Assembly: GCA_028708575.1 (NCBI GenBank)
Contig: JAQVYQ010000001.1
Span: 116 to 64,115 of the forward strand
Length of the DNA: 64,000 bases
DNA from: Tissierellia bacterium
GTDB taxonomy: Bacteria; Bacillota; Clostridia; Tissierellales; Tissierellaceae
Reading direction: 5' to 3'
Position numbers and translations under genes: made by a program. Each line of letters opens with the position of its first letter. The first letter of the stretch is position 1. A model generated the notes under the pieces. It saw only the letters and a list, made by a program, of their open reading frames with translations. It did not search any database and was not told where the DNA came from. Below, one piece after another: positions 20,292-30,145 of this stretch.

Positions 20292-20942
20292 ATGGTAATT
20301 AACAAGTTAGATAAAAGTGAGAAGTTGGATAGTGTTATCTTTGATTTGGATGGAACCTTATGGGATTCAACCAGGGAGGTTTTTATTTCTTGGAATCAAG
20401 TATTAGACAAGTATGATGAAGTAACAAAAAAACTTACAAAAAAAGATATAGAAAATTTTATGGGTACTCCAACAGCAAAGATATTTGAGGATTTTTTACA
20501 TTATTTAGATCACGATAAGATAGATGAAATAGGGAATGAATGCAGTAAAAATGAAATTAAATATATCAAAGAACATGGAGGTATTTTATATCCTGGACTT
20601 GAGAATGTGTTAAAGAAACTTTCAACTAGATTCAAGTTGTCCATTGTTAGTAACTGTCAAGAAGGATATATTGAAGCATTCTTAAATTATTATGGATTTG
20701 AAAAATATTTTATGGATTTTGAAAGCATAGGTAGAACTGGACTATCTAAAGCTGAAAACATCAAACTTGTAATTAATAGAAATAATCTGAAGAAATCCAT
20801 ATATGTAGGAGATGTTGATGGTGACAGTAATGCAGCAAGATTAGCTGGGATTTCATTTATATACGCTAGATATGGTTTTGGTAAAGTTGAGAAATATGAT
20901 TATGTAGTTGACAATATAGTAGAATTGTTGAAAGTGATTTAA
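20292..20942 (+). CDS. HAD family hydrolase
   Basis: FDLDGTLWDS, IVSN, YVGD motifs; GGAGAG RBS before TTG/ATG 20289/20292. Confidence 0.88.
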   Translation: MVINKLDKSEKLDSVIFDLDGTLWDSTREVFISWNQVLDKYDEVTKKLTKKDIENFMGTPTAKIFEDFLHYLDHDKIDEIGNECSKNEIKYIKEHGGILYPGLENVLKKLSTRFKLSIVSNCQEGYIEAFLNYYGFEKYFMDFESIGRTGLSKAENIKLVINRNNLKKSIYVGDVDGDSNAARLAGISFIYARYGFGKVEKYDYVVDNIVELLKVI

Positions 20943-20966
20943 TTAAAATTAAATGCATACAATAAT

Positions 20967-20999
20967 AAAAATTAAGCATGAAAAATGCTTAATTTTTTT
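20967..20999 (+). terminator. Intrinsic terminator after the HAD gene
   Basis: AAAAATTAAGCAT-gaaaa-ATGCTTAATTTTT plus T tract. Confidence 0.8.
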
Positions 21000-21183
21000 A
21001 AATTATTTAATTTTATTAATTAAACTTTTAAAAAAATATTTTACTAAGTTGTATTTAACTACCTTCATAGAAGATATAAATAAGGGTAAAGTAAAATTAT
21101 AAATATTCTATTATTAATTTAACATTAATATTTTTGATAATAGATCAATTTTAAGGATACTAATATTAAAAAGGAGAATGTTT

Positions 21184-22356
21184 ATGGATATATTAACTGT
21201 TCAAGAATTGAATGAATTAGTGAATAAAGATAGTAATTTAATTGTATCCATTTATATGCCTACAATTAAAAGTGGAGTAGATATAAGGCAAAATCATATA
21301 AAATTCAAACAATTATTAAGAGAAGCAGAGGCAGAACTATACAATATGGAAATGGCTAAAAGTGAAATAGAAGAATTATTAAAACCAGCAACTAATATTA
21401 TTACTGAAACAAAATTTTGGCAGAATCAAGGAGATGGCCTAGCTTTATTTATACATTCAGATGGTATAGATTACTATAGACTAGCTATTGAATTTAATGA
21501 GACAGTAAAAATAAGCAATAAAATCTATATAAAACCATTACTTCCTCTGTTTACTGGGAATGGACAGTTTAATATTTTAGCATTAAGTAAAAATCAAGTT
21601 AGATTATTTAGATGTAGTAGGCATACAGTCAATGAGATTGAACTAAAGGATGCCCCTGATAGTATGCATGATATGCAAGTTGATGATGAGGCTGATAGTC
21701 CTAGAAGAGATCTAGCAATGCGTACCTCTAGAAATGTAGGCAAAAACCAATTAACTTATAATAAAGTCACTCAAGCTCAATCTAATGAAGATGACTATGA
21801 ACGTAATGAATTAACTCGTTATTTTAGAGCAATTGATGAATCTTTAGTTGATATGCATGAAGGCGAAGTAGTACCTCTTGTATTAACAGGTGTAGAGTAT
21901 TTAATACCAATATATAGGGAAAAGAGTAAGTATCCTTATATTGTTGATGATTTTATAAGAGGAAATCCCGAACTACTAAATGGAGAAGAGCTTCATAAAT
22001 TAGCTTGGGAAATTGTAGAACCACTTTTCAATAAGGACAAAAAATTAGCAGAAGAAAGATACAAACAATACCATGGTCAAAAAAATCATTTATTTGCAAA
22101 TTCTCTAGATAAAATAATTCCAGCTGCCTATGGAGGTCAAATAGATGCACTATTCTTAGAAGATGGATTGCAACAATGGGGTAAGTACAGTTTAGATAAG
22201 AACAAAGTCGAAATCCATGATGAACCTAGGGATGGTGATGAAGATTTAATTGAATATGTATCATTACTAACCTTGTCTAGAGGTGGAAAGGTGTTCTCAG
22301 TCAGTTCCAGTGATTTACCAGACGAAAGTCCAGTTGCTGCTGTTTTAAGATTTTAA
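21184..22356 (+). CDS. baeRF (bacterial aeRF1-like release factor family) protein
   Basis: VSIYMPT, QNHIKFKQLLREAE, GDGLALF, YIKPLLP, ILALSKNQVRLF, YFRAID, LVLTG, RGG-KV C-terminus. Confidence 0.8.
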   Translation: MDILTVQELNELVNKDSNLIVSIYMPTIKSGVDIRQNHIKFKQLLREAEAELYNMEMAKSEIEELLKPATNIITETKFWQNQGDGLALFIHSDGIDYYRLAIEFNETVKISNKIYIKPLLPLFTGNGQFNILALSKNQVRLFRCSRHTVNEIELKDAPDSMHDMQVDDEADSPRRDLAMRTSRNVGKNQLTYNKVTQAQSNEDDYERNELTRYFRAIDESLVDMHEGEVVPLVLTGVEYLIPIYREKSKYPYIVDDFIRGNPELLNGEELHKLAWEIVEPLFNKDKKLAEERYKQYHGQKNHLFANSLDKIIPAAYGGQIDALFLEDGLQQWGKYSLDKNKVEIHDEPRDGDEDLIEYVSLLTLSRGGKVFSVSSSDLPDESPVAAVLRF

Positions 22357-22357
22357 C

Positions 22358-22393
22358 AAGAAGGCTTTGGAATTTATCCAAAGCCTCTTTTTT
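22358..22393 (+). terminator. Intrinsic terminator after the baeRF gene
   Basis: AGGCTTTGGA-attta-TCCAAAGCCT-CTTTTTT. Confidence 0.85.
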
Positions 22394-22461
22394 ATAACTA
22401 CTATAACAAATAATGGCTTTAAAAAAAGCTTTTCTTACTGTAGTGTAGATGCTTCTTAGTA

Positions 22462-22490
22462 TTGCAATATCTATTTGCTATTGGTATATT
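22462..22490 (+). promoter_or_regulatory. sigmaA-type promoter of mltG
   Basis: TTGCAA-N17-TATATT with extended -10 TG. Confidence 0.5.
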
Positions 22491-22519
22491 ATAATTATGG
22501 CGAATTTATGGAGGTATAT

Positions 22520-23515
22520 ATGAAAAAATTATCAATATTTATAGTTGTAGTTTTATTATTTACTATTGGACTAATAAATTATTTGCCTGGTTATCTTTCT
22601 GAGTCGACTAATATGGAACTTGTAGAAATTGTTATATCAGGGGGTTCTACATTATCAGATGTGGCTGAGGATTTATACAATAATGGAATTATTAGAAGTA
22701 ATTTATGGTTTAGATACAAAGGGCGTGATATAGCTCATAATATTAAACCAGGAACTTATACTATTGAACCAAACTCAAATATAGAGGAAATATATGAAAT
22801 CATACAACAAGGTGAACAAGAAGAGCAAATTAAGGTAACATTTCCAGAAGGATTTACACTTTATCAATTTGCAGAAAAGATTGAAGAAAAAGGATTAGGA
22901 AGCGCTGAAGAATTCATAAACGCTACAAATGAATACTATTATAGCAAGAATTATGATTTTGATACTACGGATTTATATTTTAATATGGAAGGATATTTAT
23001 TTCCAGATACATATCTTTTTACTAGGGATCAATCTATGGAGGATATAGTCACAATTCTTGTTAGTACTATGGAAAACGTGTTTACCGAAGAGTATAATAA
23101 TAGATCTAAAGAACTAAATTTAACAAGGCATCAAGTCTTAACGATTGCATCATTAATTGAAAGGGAAGCGTATAATGATGAAGAAAGAGCTGCAATAAGC
23201 GGTGTTATATACAACAGATTAAAAGTGGACATGCCGCTACAAATTGATGCCACAGTAATCTATGGAAAAGGAGAAGGGAAAGAGCATATGACTCGAGTTC
23301 TTTACAAGGATTTAGAGATAGATAATCCTTTTAATACTTATAAGAATAGTGGACTACTACCAGGACCGATTGCTTCTCCTGGTAAAAATTCAATTTATGC
23401 AGCCTTGTACCGTGAAGATCATGATTATTTTTATTATGTATTAGGAGATAATGGTCATGTATTCTCTAGAACTTTTGATGAACATAAACAAAATGTAAGT
23501 AAATATATAAATTGA
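22520..23515 (+). CDS. mltG: Endolytic transglycosylase MltG (YceG family)
   Basis: N-terminal TM, VTFPEG, EGYLFPDTY, IASLIEREA (catalytic Glu), LQIDATV, NPFNTY, PGPIASPG; GGAGG RBS before ATG 22520. Confidence 0.9.
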   Translation: MKKLSIFIVVVLLFTIGLINYLPGYLSESTNMELVEIVISGGSTLSDVAEDLYNNGIIRSNLWFRYKGRDIAHNIKPGTYTIEPNSNIEEIYEIIQQGEQEEQIKVTFPEGFTLYQFAEKIEEKGLGSAEEFINATNEYYYSKNYDFDTTDLYFNMEGYLFPDTYLFTRDQSMEDIVTILVSTMENVFTEEYNNRSKELNLTRHQVLTIASLIEREAYNDEERAAISGVIYNRLKVDMPLQIDATVIYGKGEGKEHMTRVLYKDLEIDNPFNTYKNSGLLPGPIASPGKNSIYAALYREDHDYFYYVLGDNGHVFSRTFDEHKQNVSKYIN

Positions 23516-23547
23516 AACCAAGGAACTGACGACTAGGAGATGAATAG

Positions 23548-23826
23548 ATGTCACAAATATTAGAGGTTATAATGGTATTAGCATTTGGATTTGCATGGCC
23601 TACTTCAATTATCAATAGTATAAAAGCAAGGACTGCAAAAGGCAAAAGCCCTTTCTTCTTAGCTATCATTATTTTTGGGTATGTATGTGGTATTGGATCT
23701 AAGTTTCTATCAGGAAATTTAAACTATGTAGTAATATTTTATATAATAAATTTAATAATGGTATCAACTGATTTGCTTATTTATTTTAGAAATAAAAAAT
23801 TAGATAAAGAAAAGGAATCTGAATAA
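23548..23826 (+). CDS. Small 3-TM membrane protein, PQ-loop/SemiSWEET-like
   Basis: Three hydrophobic segments; FAWPTSIINSIKARTAKGKS pattern; AGGAG RBS. Confidence 0.65.
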   Translation: MSQILEVIMVLAFGFAWPTSIINSIKARTAKGKSPFFLAIIIFGYVCGIGSKFLSGNLNYVVIFYIINLIMVSTDLLIYFRNKKLDKEKESE

Positions 23827-23870
23827 AAAAAGCTCATAAAGACGCTGTAAGCATCTTTATGAGCTTTATA
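23826..23870. terminator. Bidirectional terminator between the membrane-protein gene and convergent tRNA-Leu
   Basis: AAAGCTCATAAAGA...TCTTTATGAGCTTT perfect 14-bp arms with A and T flanks. Confidence 0.85.
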
Positions 23871-23873
23871 TTT

Positions 23874-23960
23874 TGGTGCCGAAGGCGGGAGTCGAACCCG
23901 CACGGTGTCGCCACCGCTGGATTTTGAGTCCAGTACGTCTGCCAATTCCATCACTTCGGC
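23874..23960 (-). tRNA. tRNA-Leu(CAA)
   Basis: Reverse complement GCCGAAG...CTGGA-CT-CAA-AA-TCCAG, long variable arm, GGTTCGACTCC, encoded CCA. Confidence 0.97.
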
Positions 23961-23975
23961 ATATTCACAAGAAAT

Positions 23976-24004
23976 ATACTAACATATAATAACTGAAAAT
24001 GCAA
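23976..24004 (-). promoter_or_regulatory. sigmaA promoter of tRNA-Leu(CAA)
   Basis: Minus strand TTGCAT-N17-TAGTAT with extended TG. Confidence 0.6.
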
Positions 24005-24135
24005 TTGTTATTTAATATCCCCTTGATTTTAACGATTATTATTATCTTAGAACAATATATAATGAAACGATAATATTTTTCTGCTATAATAGGTAATATA
24101 GTTCTATATAATAGATTGAAGTTTGGAGTGGTTAG

Positions 24136-26808
24136 ATGAATAGTGAAAATATTATGATTATAGATGGCAGTTCATTATTACATAGGGCATTCTATGCATT
24201 GCCTTTATTAACAACTAAGAGAGGACTATATACAAATGGTGTATATGGATTTTTAACAATGCTTTATAAAATCAAAGATGAATATAATCCAAATTATATT
24301 TGTGTAGCATTTGATAAAAAAGGTCCAACTTTTAGACATAAAGAATATGAACAGTATAAAGGAACAAGGCAGCCTACACCATCTGAATTAGCCCAACAAT
24401 TCCCACTAATTAAGGAAATATTATCAGATATGCACATTACTACTATTGAAATGTCACAATTTGAAGCTGATGATATAGCTGGAACTCTAGCAAGAATTGG
24501 AGAAGAACATTCTTTAGATGTAATATTAGTAACAGGTGATAAAGATTATTTACAGCTTGCTACAGACAATGCTAAAGTACTTCTAACAAAGAAAGGTATT
24601 ACTGAATTAGATATTTATGATAAAGATAGAATAATTCAAGATTATGGAATTGAGCCTAAACAGTTTATAGATTTAAAAGGTCTTATGGGGGATAAATCAG
24701 ATAACATCCCAGGTGTACCAGGTATTGGGGAAAAAACAGGATTAAAGCTTATTAAAGAATATGGGACAATAGAGAATATCTATGAAAACATAGATGTCTT
24801 AGGTGGTAAAAAGTTAAAAGAAAATCTTGTTGAAAATGAAAATATAGCATATATGAGCAGAAAACTAGGAGAAATAATTACAAATGTTCCTATAGACCAC
24901 AAATTGGAAGATTTAAAGGTTAAAGAACCAAATTGGGAAGAGTTAAAGTCAAAATATGATGAACTTGAATTCAAAAGTTTATTAAATAAAATACCTAAAG
25001 AATATTCTGGTAAAGTAGAAGAAATAATAAAAAAATTTGAAGTAAAAGAAATAAATGAAGTTAATTATGATAAATTAATTGATGAAATAGTATCAAATAA
25101 AAAATTTGCATTTAAATTTATTATTGATGAATCCAACTATATTGAGAACCCAATAATAGGAATTGGAATTAAAACTATTAATGATGTTACTCATTATATA
25201 GATCTTCAACATGGATATGAAAAGTTTGCAGATGCTTTTAAATCAATATTTGAAGACAAATCCATAGAGAAAATTGGTCATAATTTAAAGATAGACATAG
25301 TACAATTATTTAGAATGGGAATTGAAATTGAATGCTTTACATTTGACTCGATGATTGCTCAATATTTAATAAATCCTAGTCAATCAAATTATTCTATAAA
25401 TAAATTAAGTGAAGAATATCTTGATTACTATGGCATTGATAAAGAAGAGCTATTAGGTAAGGGTAAAAAGGCTAAAAGCTTTATGGATATAAGTAAAGAC
25501 AGTATCATGAATCACATTGCATATGTACTTGAGGCAATATATGAATTAGAACCGATTATGCTAGAGATGATTAATATTCAAAGGATGGATAAACTTTACT
25601 TAGACATTGAATTACCGTTAATTCAAGTGCTTGCTAATATGGAATTCTTAGGGTTTAAAATAAATGCAAGTGAACTTGAGAAGCTTGGGGTTGAATATGA
25701 TAAAGAAATAGATACTCTTACATATACAATATACGAACTTGCAGGTGAGGAATTTAATATCAATTCCCCAAAACAAATTGGAGAAGTTTTATTTGAAAGG
25801 TTGAGTTTACCTGTTATTAAGAAGACAAAGACTGGGTATTCTACAGATGTTGAAGTTCTAGAGAAGTTAGAAGATAAACATCCTATTGCAAGTAAAATTC
25901 TAAGATATAGACAAATAGTTAAATTAAAATCCACATATATAGATGGTTTATTGAATCTAATTAATAAAAGTACCAATAGAATTCACTCAAGTTTTAATCA
26001 GACTATTGCTTCTACAGGTAGGATATCAAGTACTGAACCAAATTTGCAGAATATACCTGTTAGAACTGAAGATGGAAGAAGGATTAGAAAGGCTTTTGTT
26101 GCTGAATCCCCAGAATATAGACTATTAGATGGAGATTATTCACAGATAGAGCTTAGGGTATTAGCTCATATTTCTAAAGATCCTAAATTTATAGAAGCAT
26201 TTAGTAAAGGTGAGGATATTCATAAGAAAACCGCATCAGAAGTTTTTCATGTGGATTTAGAAGATGTTACTACTGAGTTAAGATATAGGGCTAAGGCTGT
26301 TAACTTTGGAATTGTTTACGGTATATCCGATTATGGACTAGCAAAAGATTTAGATATATCAAGAAAAGAAGCAAAAGAGTATATAGATAATTACTTTAAC
26401 AAATTTAAACTTGTTAGAAAGTATATGGATGATATCGTAGAAAAAGGAAAAGAAGCTGGGTACGTTGAGACGATTTTAAATAGAAGAAGATATGTACCAG
26501 AATTAAGTGCAAAAAACTTTAATGTAAGATCCTTTGGAGAACGTATAGCAATGAATACTCCAATACAAGGTAGTGCTGCTGATATTATTAAATTGGCTAT
26601 GGTTAGAGTATATAATGAACTGAAGAATAGAAAATTTAAATCAAGATTAATATTAACAGTTCATGACGAATTAATAATAGAAGTTCATAGAGATGAAGTC
26701 GAAGAAGTGAAAAACCTAGTTATTGATATAATGGAAAATTCAATTGCTTTAATAGTTCCATTAAAAGTTGATTTTACTATAGGGGATAGTTGGTATGACA
26801 CTAAATAA
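24136..26808 (+). CDS. polA: DNA polymerase I
   Basis: IDGSSLLHRAFYALP 5'-exo, GDKSDNIPGVPGIGEKT, TGRISSTEPNLQNIP, DYSQIELR, KAVNFGIVYG, VHDEL. Confidence 0.98.
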   Translation: MNSENIMIIDGSSLLHRAFYALPLLTTKRGLYTNGVYGFLTMLYKIKDEYNPNYICVAFDKKGPTFRHKEYEQYKGTRQPTPSELAQQFPLIKEILSDMHITTIEMSQFEADDIAGTLARIGEEHSLDVILVTGDKDYLQLATDNAKVLLTKKGITELDIYDKDRIIQDYGIEPKQFIDLKGLMGDKSDNIPGVPGIGEKTGLKLIKEYGTIENIYENIDVLGGKKLKENLVENENIAYMSRKLGEIITNVPIDHKLEDLKVKEPNWEELKSKYDELEFKSLLNKIPKEYSGKVEEIIKKFEVKEINEVNYDKLIDEIVSNKKFAFKFIIDESNYIENPIIGIGIKTINDVTHYIDLQHGYEKFADAFKSIFEDKSIEKIGHNLKIDIVQLFRMGIEIECFTFDSMIAQYLINPSQSNYSINKLSEEYLDYYGIDKEELLGKGKKAKSFMDISKDSIMNHIAYVLEAIYELEPIMLEMINIQRMDKLYLDIELPLIQVLANMEFLGFKINASELEKLGVEYDKEIDTLTYTIYELAGEEFNINSPKQIGEVLFERLSLPVIKKTKTGYSTDVEVLEKLEDKHPIASKILRYRQIVKLKSTYIDGLLNLINKSTNRIHSSFNQTIASTGRISSTEPNLQNIPVRTEDGRRIRKAFVAESPEYRLLDGDYSQIELRVLAHISKDPKFIEAFSKGEDIHKKTASEVFHVDLEDVTTELRYRAKAVNFGIVYGISDYGLAKDLDISRKEAKEYIDNYFNKFKLVRKYMDDIVEKGKEAGYVETILNRRRYVPELSAKNFNVRSFGERIAMNTPIQGSAADIIKLAMVRVYNELKNRKFKSRLILTVHDELIIEVHRDEVEEVKNLVIDIMENSIALIVPLKVDFTIGDSWYDTK

Positions 26809-27412
26809 TTGTACCATAATAGGCATTACTGGTGGTATTGCTTCAGGGAAATCTACATTAACTAATATGCTTAGAAAAAAGGGATATATTGTAATAGACG
26901 CTGATAGTATATCAAGGGATGTTACAAAAATTGGTAAACCATCCTATTATGAAATAATTGAACATTTCGGATATGAAATACTTTTGGAAGATAAAAGTAT
27001 CGATAGAAAACTTTTAGGCAAGCTTATATTTGAAAATTTACAACTAAGAGAAGAGTTAAATGGTATAGTACATTCAAGAGTTTTTGAAGAACTACAATTA
27101 TTAATAAATAAATATTGTAATGATAATGAGATTATTTTTATAGATATACCCCTTTTATTTGAAACAATAGAAGTTGCGAAATCATTTGGTTTAATATTTG
27201 ATGAAATATGGGTAGTTTATGTAGATAATGATATACAGTTAAAAAGATTAATGAGTAGAGATGATATTACAAAAGAAGAAGCACTCTTAAAGATAAAATC
27301 ACAGATGAGTTTAGATGAAAAGGCAAAGATTGCAAATAGAGTACTATATAATAATGGGAAGTTAAATGAATTAGAGAATGATTTAGAACAAATACTAAGC
27401 AAATTGAGGTAA
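26795..27412 (+). CDS. coaE: Dephospho-CoA kinase
   Basis: GITGGIASGKST P-loop, IDAD, DIPLLFE; follows polA. Confidence 0.95.
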   Translation: MTLNNCTIIGITGGIASGKSTLTNMLRKKGYIVIDADSISRDVTKIGKPSYYEIIEHFGYEILLEDKSIDRKLLGKLIFENLQLREELNGIVHSRVFEELQLLINKYCNDNEIIFIDIPLLFETIEVAKSFGLIFDEIWVVYVDNDIQLKRLMSRDDITKEEALLKIKSQMSLDEKAKIANRVLYNNGKLNELENDLEQILSKLR

Positions 27413-27430
27413 TGATGGAGGTATCGCTTA

Positions 27431-28072
27431 TTGTATTTATTAAAAAGCAGTGTAAAATTCATATTTAAATTTATTATTAATATTTTAATAATTTTAATCA
27501 TTATTGGTTTGGTAATATCTTTATTCTTTCCAATATCTTATATAGATTATATTTATAAATATTCTTTGGAAAATGATTTGGATCCTTTTTTAGTTGCTGC
27601 AATAATAAATGTTGAAAGTAAATACGAAAAAGATGCATTATCAAATAAAGATGCAAAAGGACTTATGCAAATAGGTGGTCAAACAGGTGAATGGGGAGCA
27701 GAAGTTTTAGGTATTAGAGAATACAATAGTAGTATGTTATTTGACCCGGAAATAAATATAAGGATAGGAACTTGGTATCTAAGACAACTAAGAAGTGAAT
27801 TTGGTAACAATTTTGATCTAATATTATCCGCATATAATGCGGGAAGTGGTAATGTTACTAAATGGTTAAGAGATGAAAAATATAGTAAAGATGGAACGAT
27901 TCTAGATAATATTCCCTTTGAAGAAACAGATACATATCTGGATAAAGTAAAATTTAATCATAGAGTATATAAGACTATATATAAGAACTATATGGAAAAA
28001 CCTGAAACTGTACATAGTCTTTATTTTGATGTTATAATATACATTAGAGCTTTTATAACAGGATTCATATAA
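27431..28072 (+). CDS. Lytic transglycosylase (SLT domain)
   Basis: AIINVES (catalytic Glu), GLMQI, NIRIGTWYL, AYNAG, PFEET. Confidence 0.9.
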   Translation: MYLLKSSVKFIFKFIINILIILIIIGLVISLFFPISYIDYIYKYSLENDLDPFLVAAIINVESKYEKDALSNKDAKGLMQIGGQTGEWGAEVLGIREYNSSMLFDPEINIRIGTWYLRQLRSEFGNNFDLILSAYNAGSGNVTKWLRDEKYSKDGTILDNIPFEETDTYLDKVKFNHRVYKTIYKNYMEKPETVHSLYFDVIIYIRAFITGFI

Positions 28073-28098
28073 AGTTTTTTCATGAAAAAACTTATCAG

Positions 28099-28121
28099 AG
28101 CCTTTCGACGAGGCTGGTTTT
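28099..28121 (+). terminator. Possible terminator after the lytic transglycosylase
   Basis: AGCCT-ttcgacg-AGGCT-GGTTTT. Confidence 0.4.
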
Positions 28122-28162
28122 ATTAGTTGTAAAATATATTTTAAATTTTAAGGAGTGATAGC

Positions 28163-29857
28163 TTGAATTCTAGGAGATGTATTTATTTTCTTCTTATTGT
28201 ATTATTGGCAGTTTTTTCTACTGGTTGTAGTGCAGATGTAGAATCTATTCTAAATGTTAATAATGAAGAAATAAAATTAGAATATATGATTGTTGAAGGA
28301 GGAGAAGTAGTTTTACCACTAACACCTTTTAATACTTTAAACCCCTTAATGACAAGCAATCTAAGCTATTATTATTTTAGTAAATTAATATTTGAGGGAT
28401 TATTTGAATACAATGAAAATATGGAGCCTGTTGAACAATTAGCAGAGAGATACGATATAGTAAATGATGGCAAAACTATTTTAGTGACCTTGAGAAAAGA
28501 TGTATATTGGCATGATGGAGAGAAATTTACTTCAGAGGATGTTTCTTTTACCATAAATGCATTAATTAATTCAAATACTGAAACTGCATATAATAGTCTT
28601 AATAATTCAACTTCAAGTATACAAAGTACAAATATTATTGATGACTACAATATAGAAATAAACTTTAGTAATGGTTCAGCTAACAATTTGGACTTGCTTA
28701 CTTTTTTAATTATACCAAGTCATAGGTTTTCATCTACTAAGATTAAGACAAGCTATTCTATGGCATTACAATTAGATGATTATATACCAATAGGTACAGG
28801 TCCTTATAAATTTGAAAGCTTTAATAAGCATAAAAATATTAGTTTAAATGCTAATGACAATTACAGATTTGGGAAACCAAGTTTAGAAAAAGTATTGGGA
28901 AAGGTTCTCGATAATGAAGAACTCTTTATTACAGCATATGAGGCTGGTCAAATTAATATAACGCCTGTTACAGGAGTAGATAGGGACAAGTATAAGGAAA
29001 ATTCGAGAATAAGAGTTTTAGAATATGTGTCTAATGAATATGAGTTTTTAGGGTTTAATTTTGAAAATCCTATTTTTTCCGGAGAGAACGGAGCTATTAT
29101 AAGAAAAGCAATTTATTATGGAATTAATAGACAAGAAATTATTCAAAAAAATTATCTGGGACATGCTACTCAAAATGATGTGCCCTTACATCCAAATTCA
29201 TATTTATTATCTGAGGACGCTAATAAATATGGTTATAATCCAGCTGAAAGCATAGATTTATTAAAATCAGTAAATATCATAGATCGAGATGGAGACGGTG
29301 TAGTTGAAGATAAAGACGGTAATATATTGACCTTTAGATTAGCAACTAATCCTTCAAATCTATATAGACAAAGGGTTGCAGAGATGATTCGTGATGATTT
29401 AATGGAAATAGGGATAGAAGTAATTTATGATTATGATAACACTTATGAAAAGGATATTAGCTTGGAACAAAGAGCAGATGAATGGAATAAATTAAGTTCT
29501 AAAGTTTCTTCTGGGGATTATGACATAGTATTATTAGGATGGCAATTTTCTTTTATGCCAGATTTGTATAGTATTTATCATAGTACACAAATAGGATTAG
29601 ATAATTTTATTAGTTACAATAATCCTTATATGGATGAACTACTTACTAGTGTAGATAAAGCATACAAAAGAGAAGAAAAAGTATCATCTTACGAGGATTT
29701 GCAAAGTTTTATTGTCGATGATTTACCCTATATTAGTTTGTTTTATAAAAACAAGGCTATATTAGTTGATAATATAATTTTAGGAGAATTAGCTCCTAAT
29801 GTAGCTAATCCTTATAATGGATTAGAGAAATGCATTATTGCCTTAGAAGCAGATTAA
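28163..29857 (+). CDS. Peptide/nickel ABC transporter substrate-binding lipoprotein (family 5), orphan
   Basis: Lipobox FSTGC; LNPL, LIFEGLF, WHDGEKFTSEDV, PIGTGPYKF, DLPYISL. Confidence 0.88.
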   Translation: MNSRRCIYFLLIVLLAVFSTGCSADVESILNVNNEEIKLEYMIVEGGEVVLPLTPFNTLNPLMTSNLSYYYFSKLIFEGLFEYNENMEPVEQLAERYDIVNDGKTILVTLRKDVYWHDGEKFTSEDVSFTINALINSNTETAYNSLNNSTSSIQSTNIIDDYNIEINFSNGSANNLDLLTFLIIPSHRFSSTKIKTSYSMALQLDDYIPIGTGPYKFESFNKHKNISLNANDNYRFGKPSLEKVLGKVLDNEELFITAYEAGQINITPVTGVDRDKYKENSRIRVLEYVSNEYEFLGFNFENPIFSGENGAIIRKAIYYGINRQEIIQKNYLGHATQNDVPLHPNSYLLSEDANKYGYNPAESIDLLKSVNIIDRDGDGVVEDKDGNILTFRLATNPSNLYRQRVAEMIRDDLMEIGIEVIYDYDNTYEKDISLEQRADEWNKLSSKVSSGDYDIVLLGWQFSFMPDLYSIYHSTQIGLDNFISYNNPYMDELLTSVDKAYKREEKVSSYEDLQSFIVDDLPYISLFYKNKAILVDNIILGELAPNVANPYNGLEKCIIALEAD

Positions 29858-29861
29858 AAAG

Positions 29862-29889
29862 TTGATATTTATGAGAAAAGTATTATAAT
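29862..29889 (+). promoter_or_regulatory. sigmaA promoter of tRNA-Leu(GAG)
   Basis: TTGATA-N16-TATAAT 18 nt upstream of the tRNA. Confidence 0.65.
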
Positions 29890-29907
29890 ATATTTGTATG
29901 CACATGA

Positions 29908-29991
29908 GCAGGGGTGGTGGAATTGGTAGACACGATAGCTTGAGGGGCTATTGCTTTAAGAAGCATGAGGGTTCGAGTCCCTTCTCCTGCA
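29908..29991 (+). tRNA. tRNA-Leu(GAG)
   Basis: GCAGGGG acceptor, GGAATTGGTAGAC D arm, ATAGC-TT-GAG-GG-GCTAT, variable arm, GGTTCGAGTCC; CCA not encoded. Confidence 0.95.
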
Positions 29992-30145
29992 TTTGTTTAT
30001 GCCAATGTTCGTCAAAAAACAAACAATATTTATCTGTTTATGTACAGGGCAACTGTTTAGTGTTATAATATTAGGGAAATGCCATGAATTATTGGTTTTT
30101 TCTTTTATGATTATTATAAAATATATAGTAAAGAGGTGGAATTCA

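Noticed and set aside
22132-22140. GGQ in the baeRF protein as a peptide-release catalytic motif
   Set aside because: It lies in the C-terminal domain (AAYGGQIDAL), equivalent to the usual G(R/K)V segment, not in the domain-2 loop
14821-23960. Integrative island anchored at the 3' end of tRNA-Leu(CAA)
   Set aside because: No integrase and no duplicated tRNA 3' end (att site) found by eye; genes look like independently acquired units
29908-29991. tRNA-Leu(GAG) as a pseudo-tRNA because CCA is missing
   Set aside because: Stems and loops are intact, it has a good promoter, and CCA is commonly added post-transcriptionally in Firmicutes
29993-30145. 51-aa N-terminal extension of RnfC
   Set aside because: Begins right after the tRNA with no RBS; GAGGTG before TTG 30146 gives the canonical N-terminus
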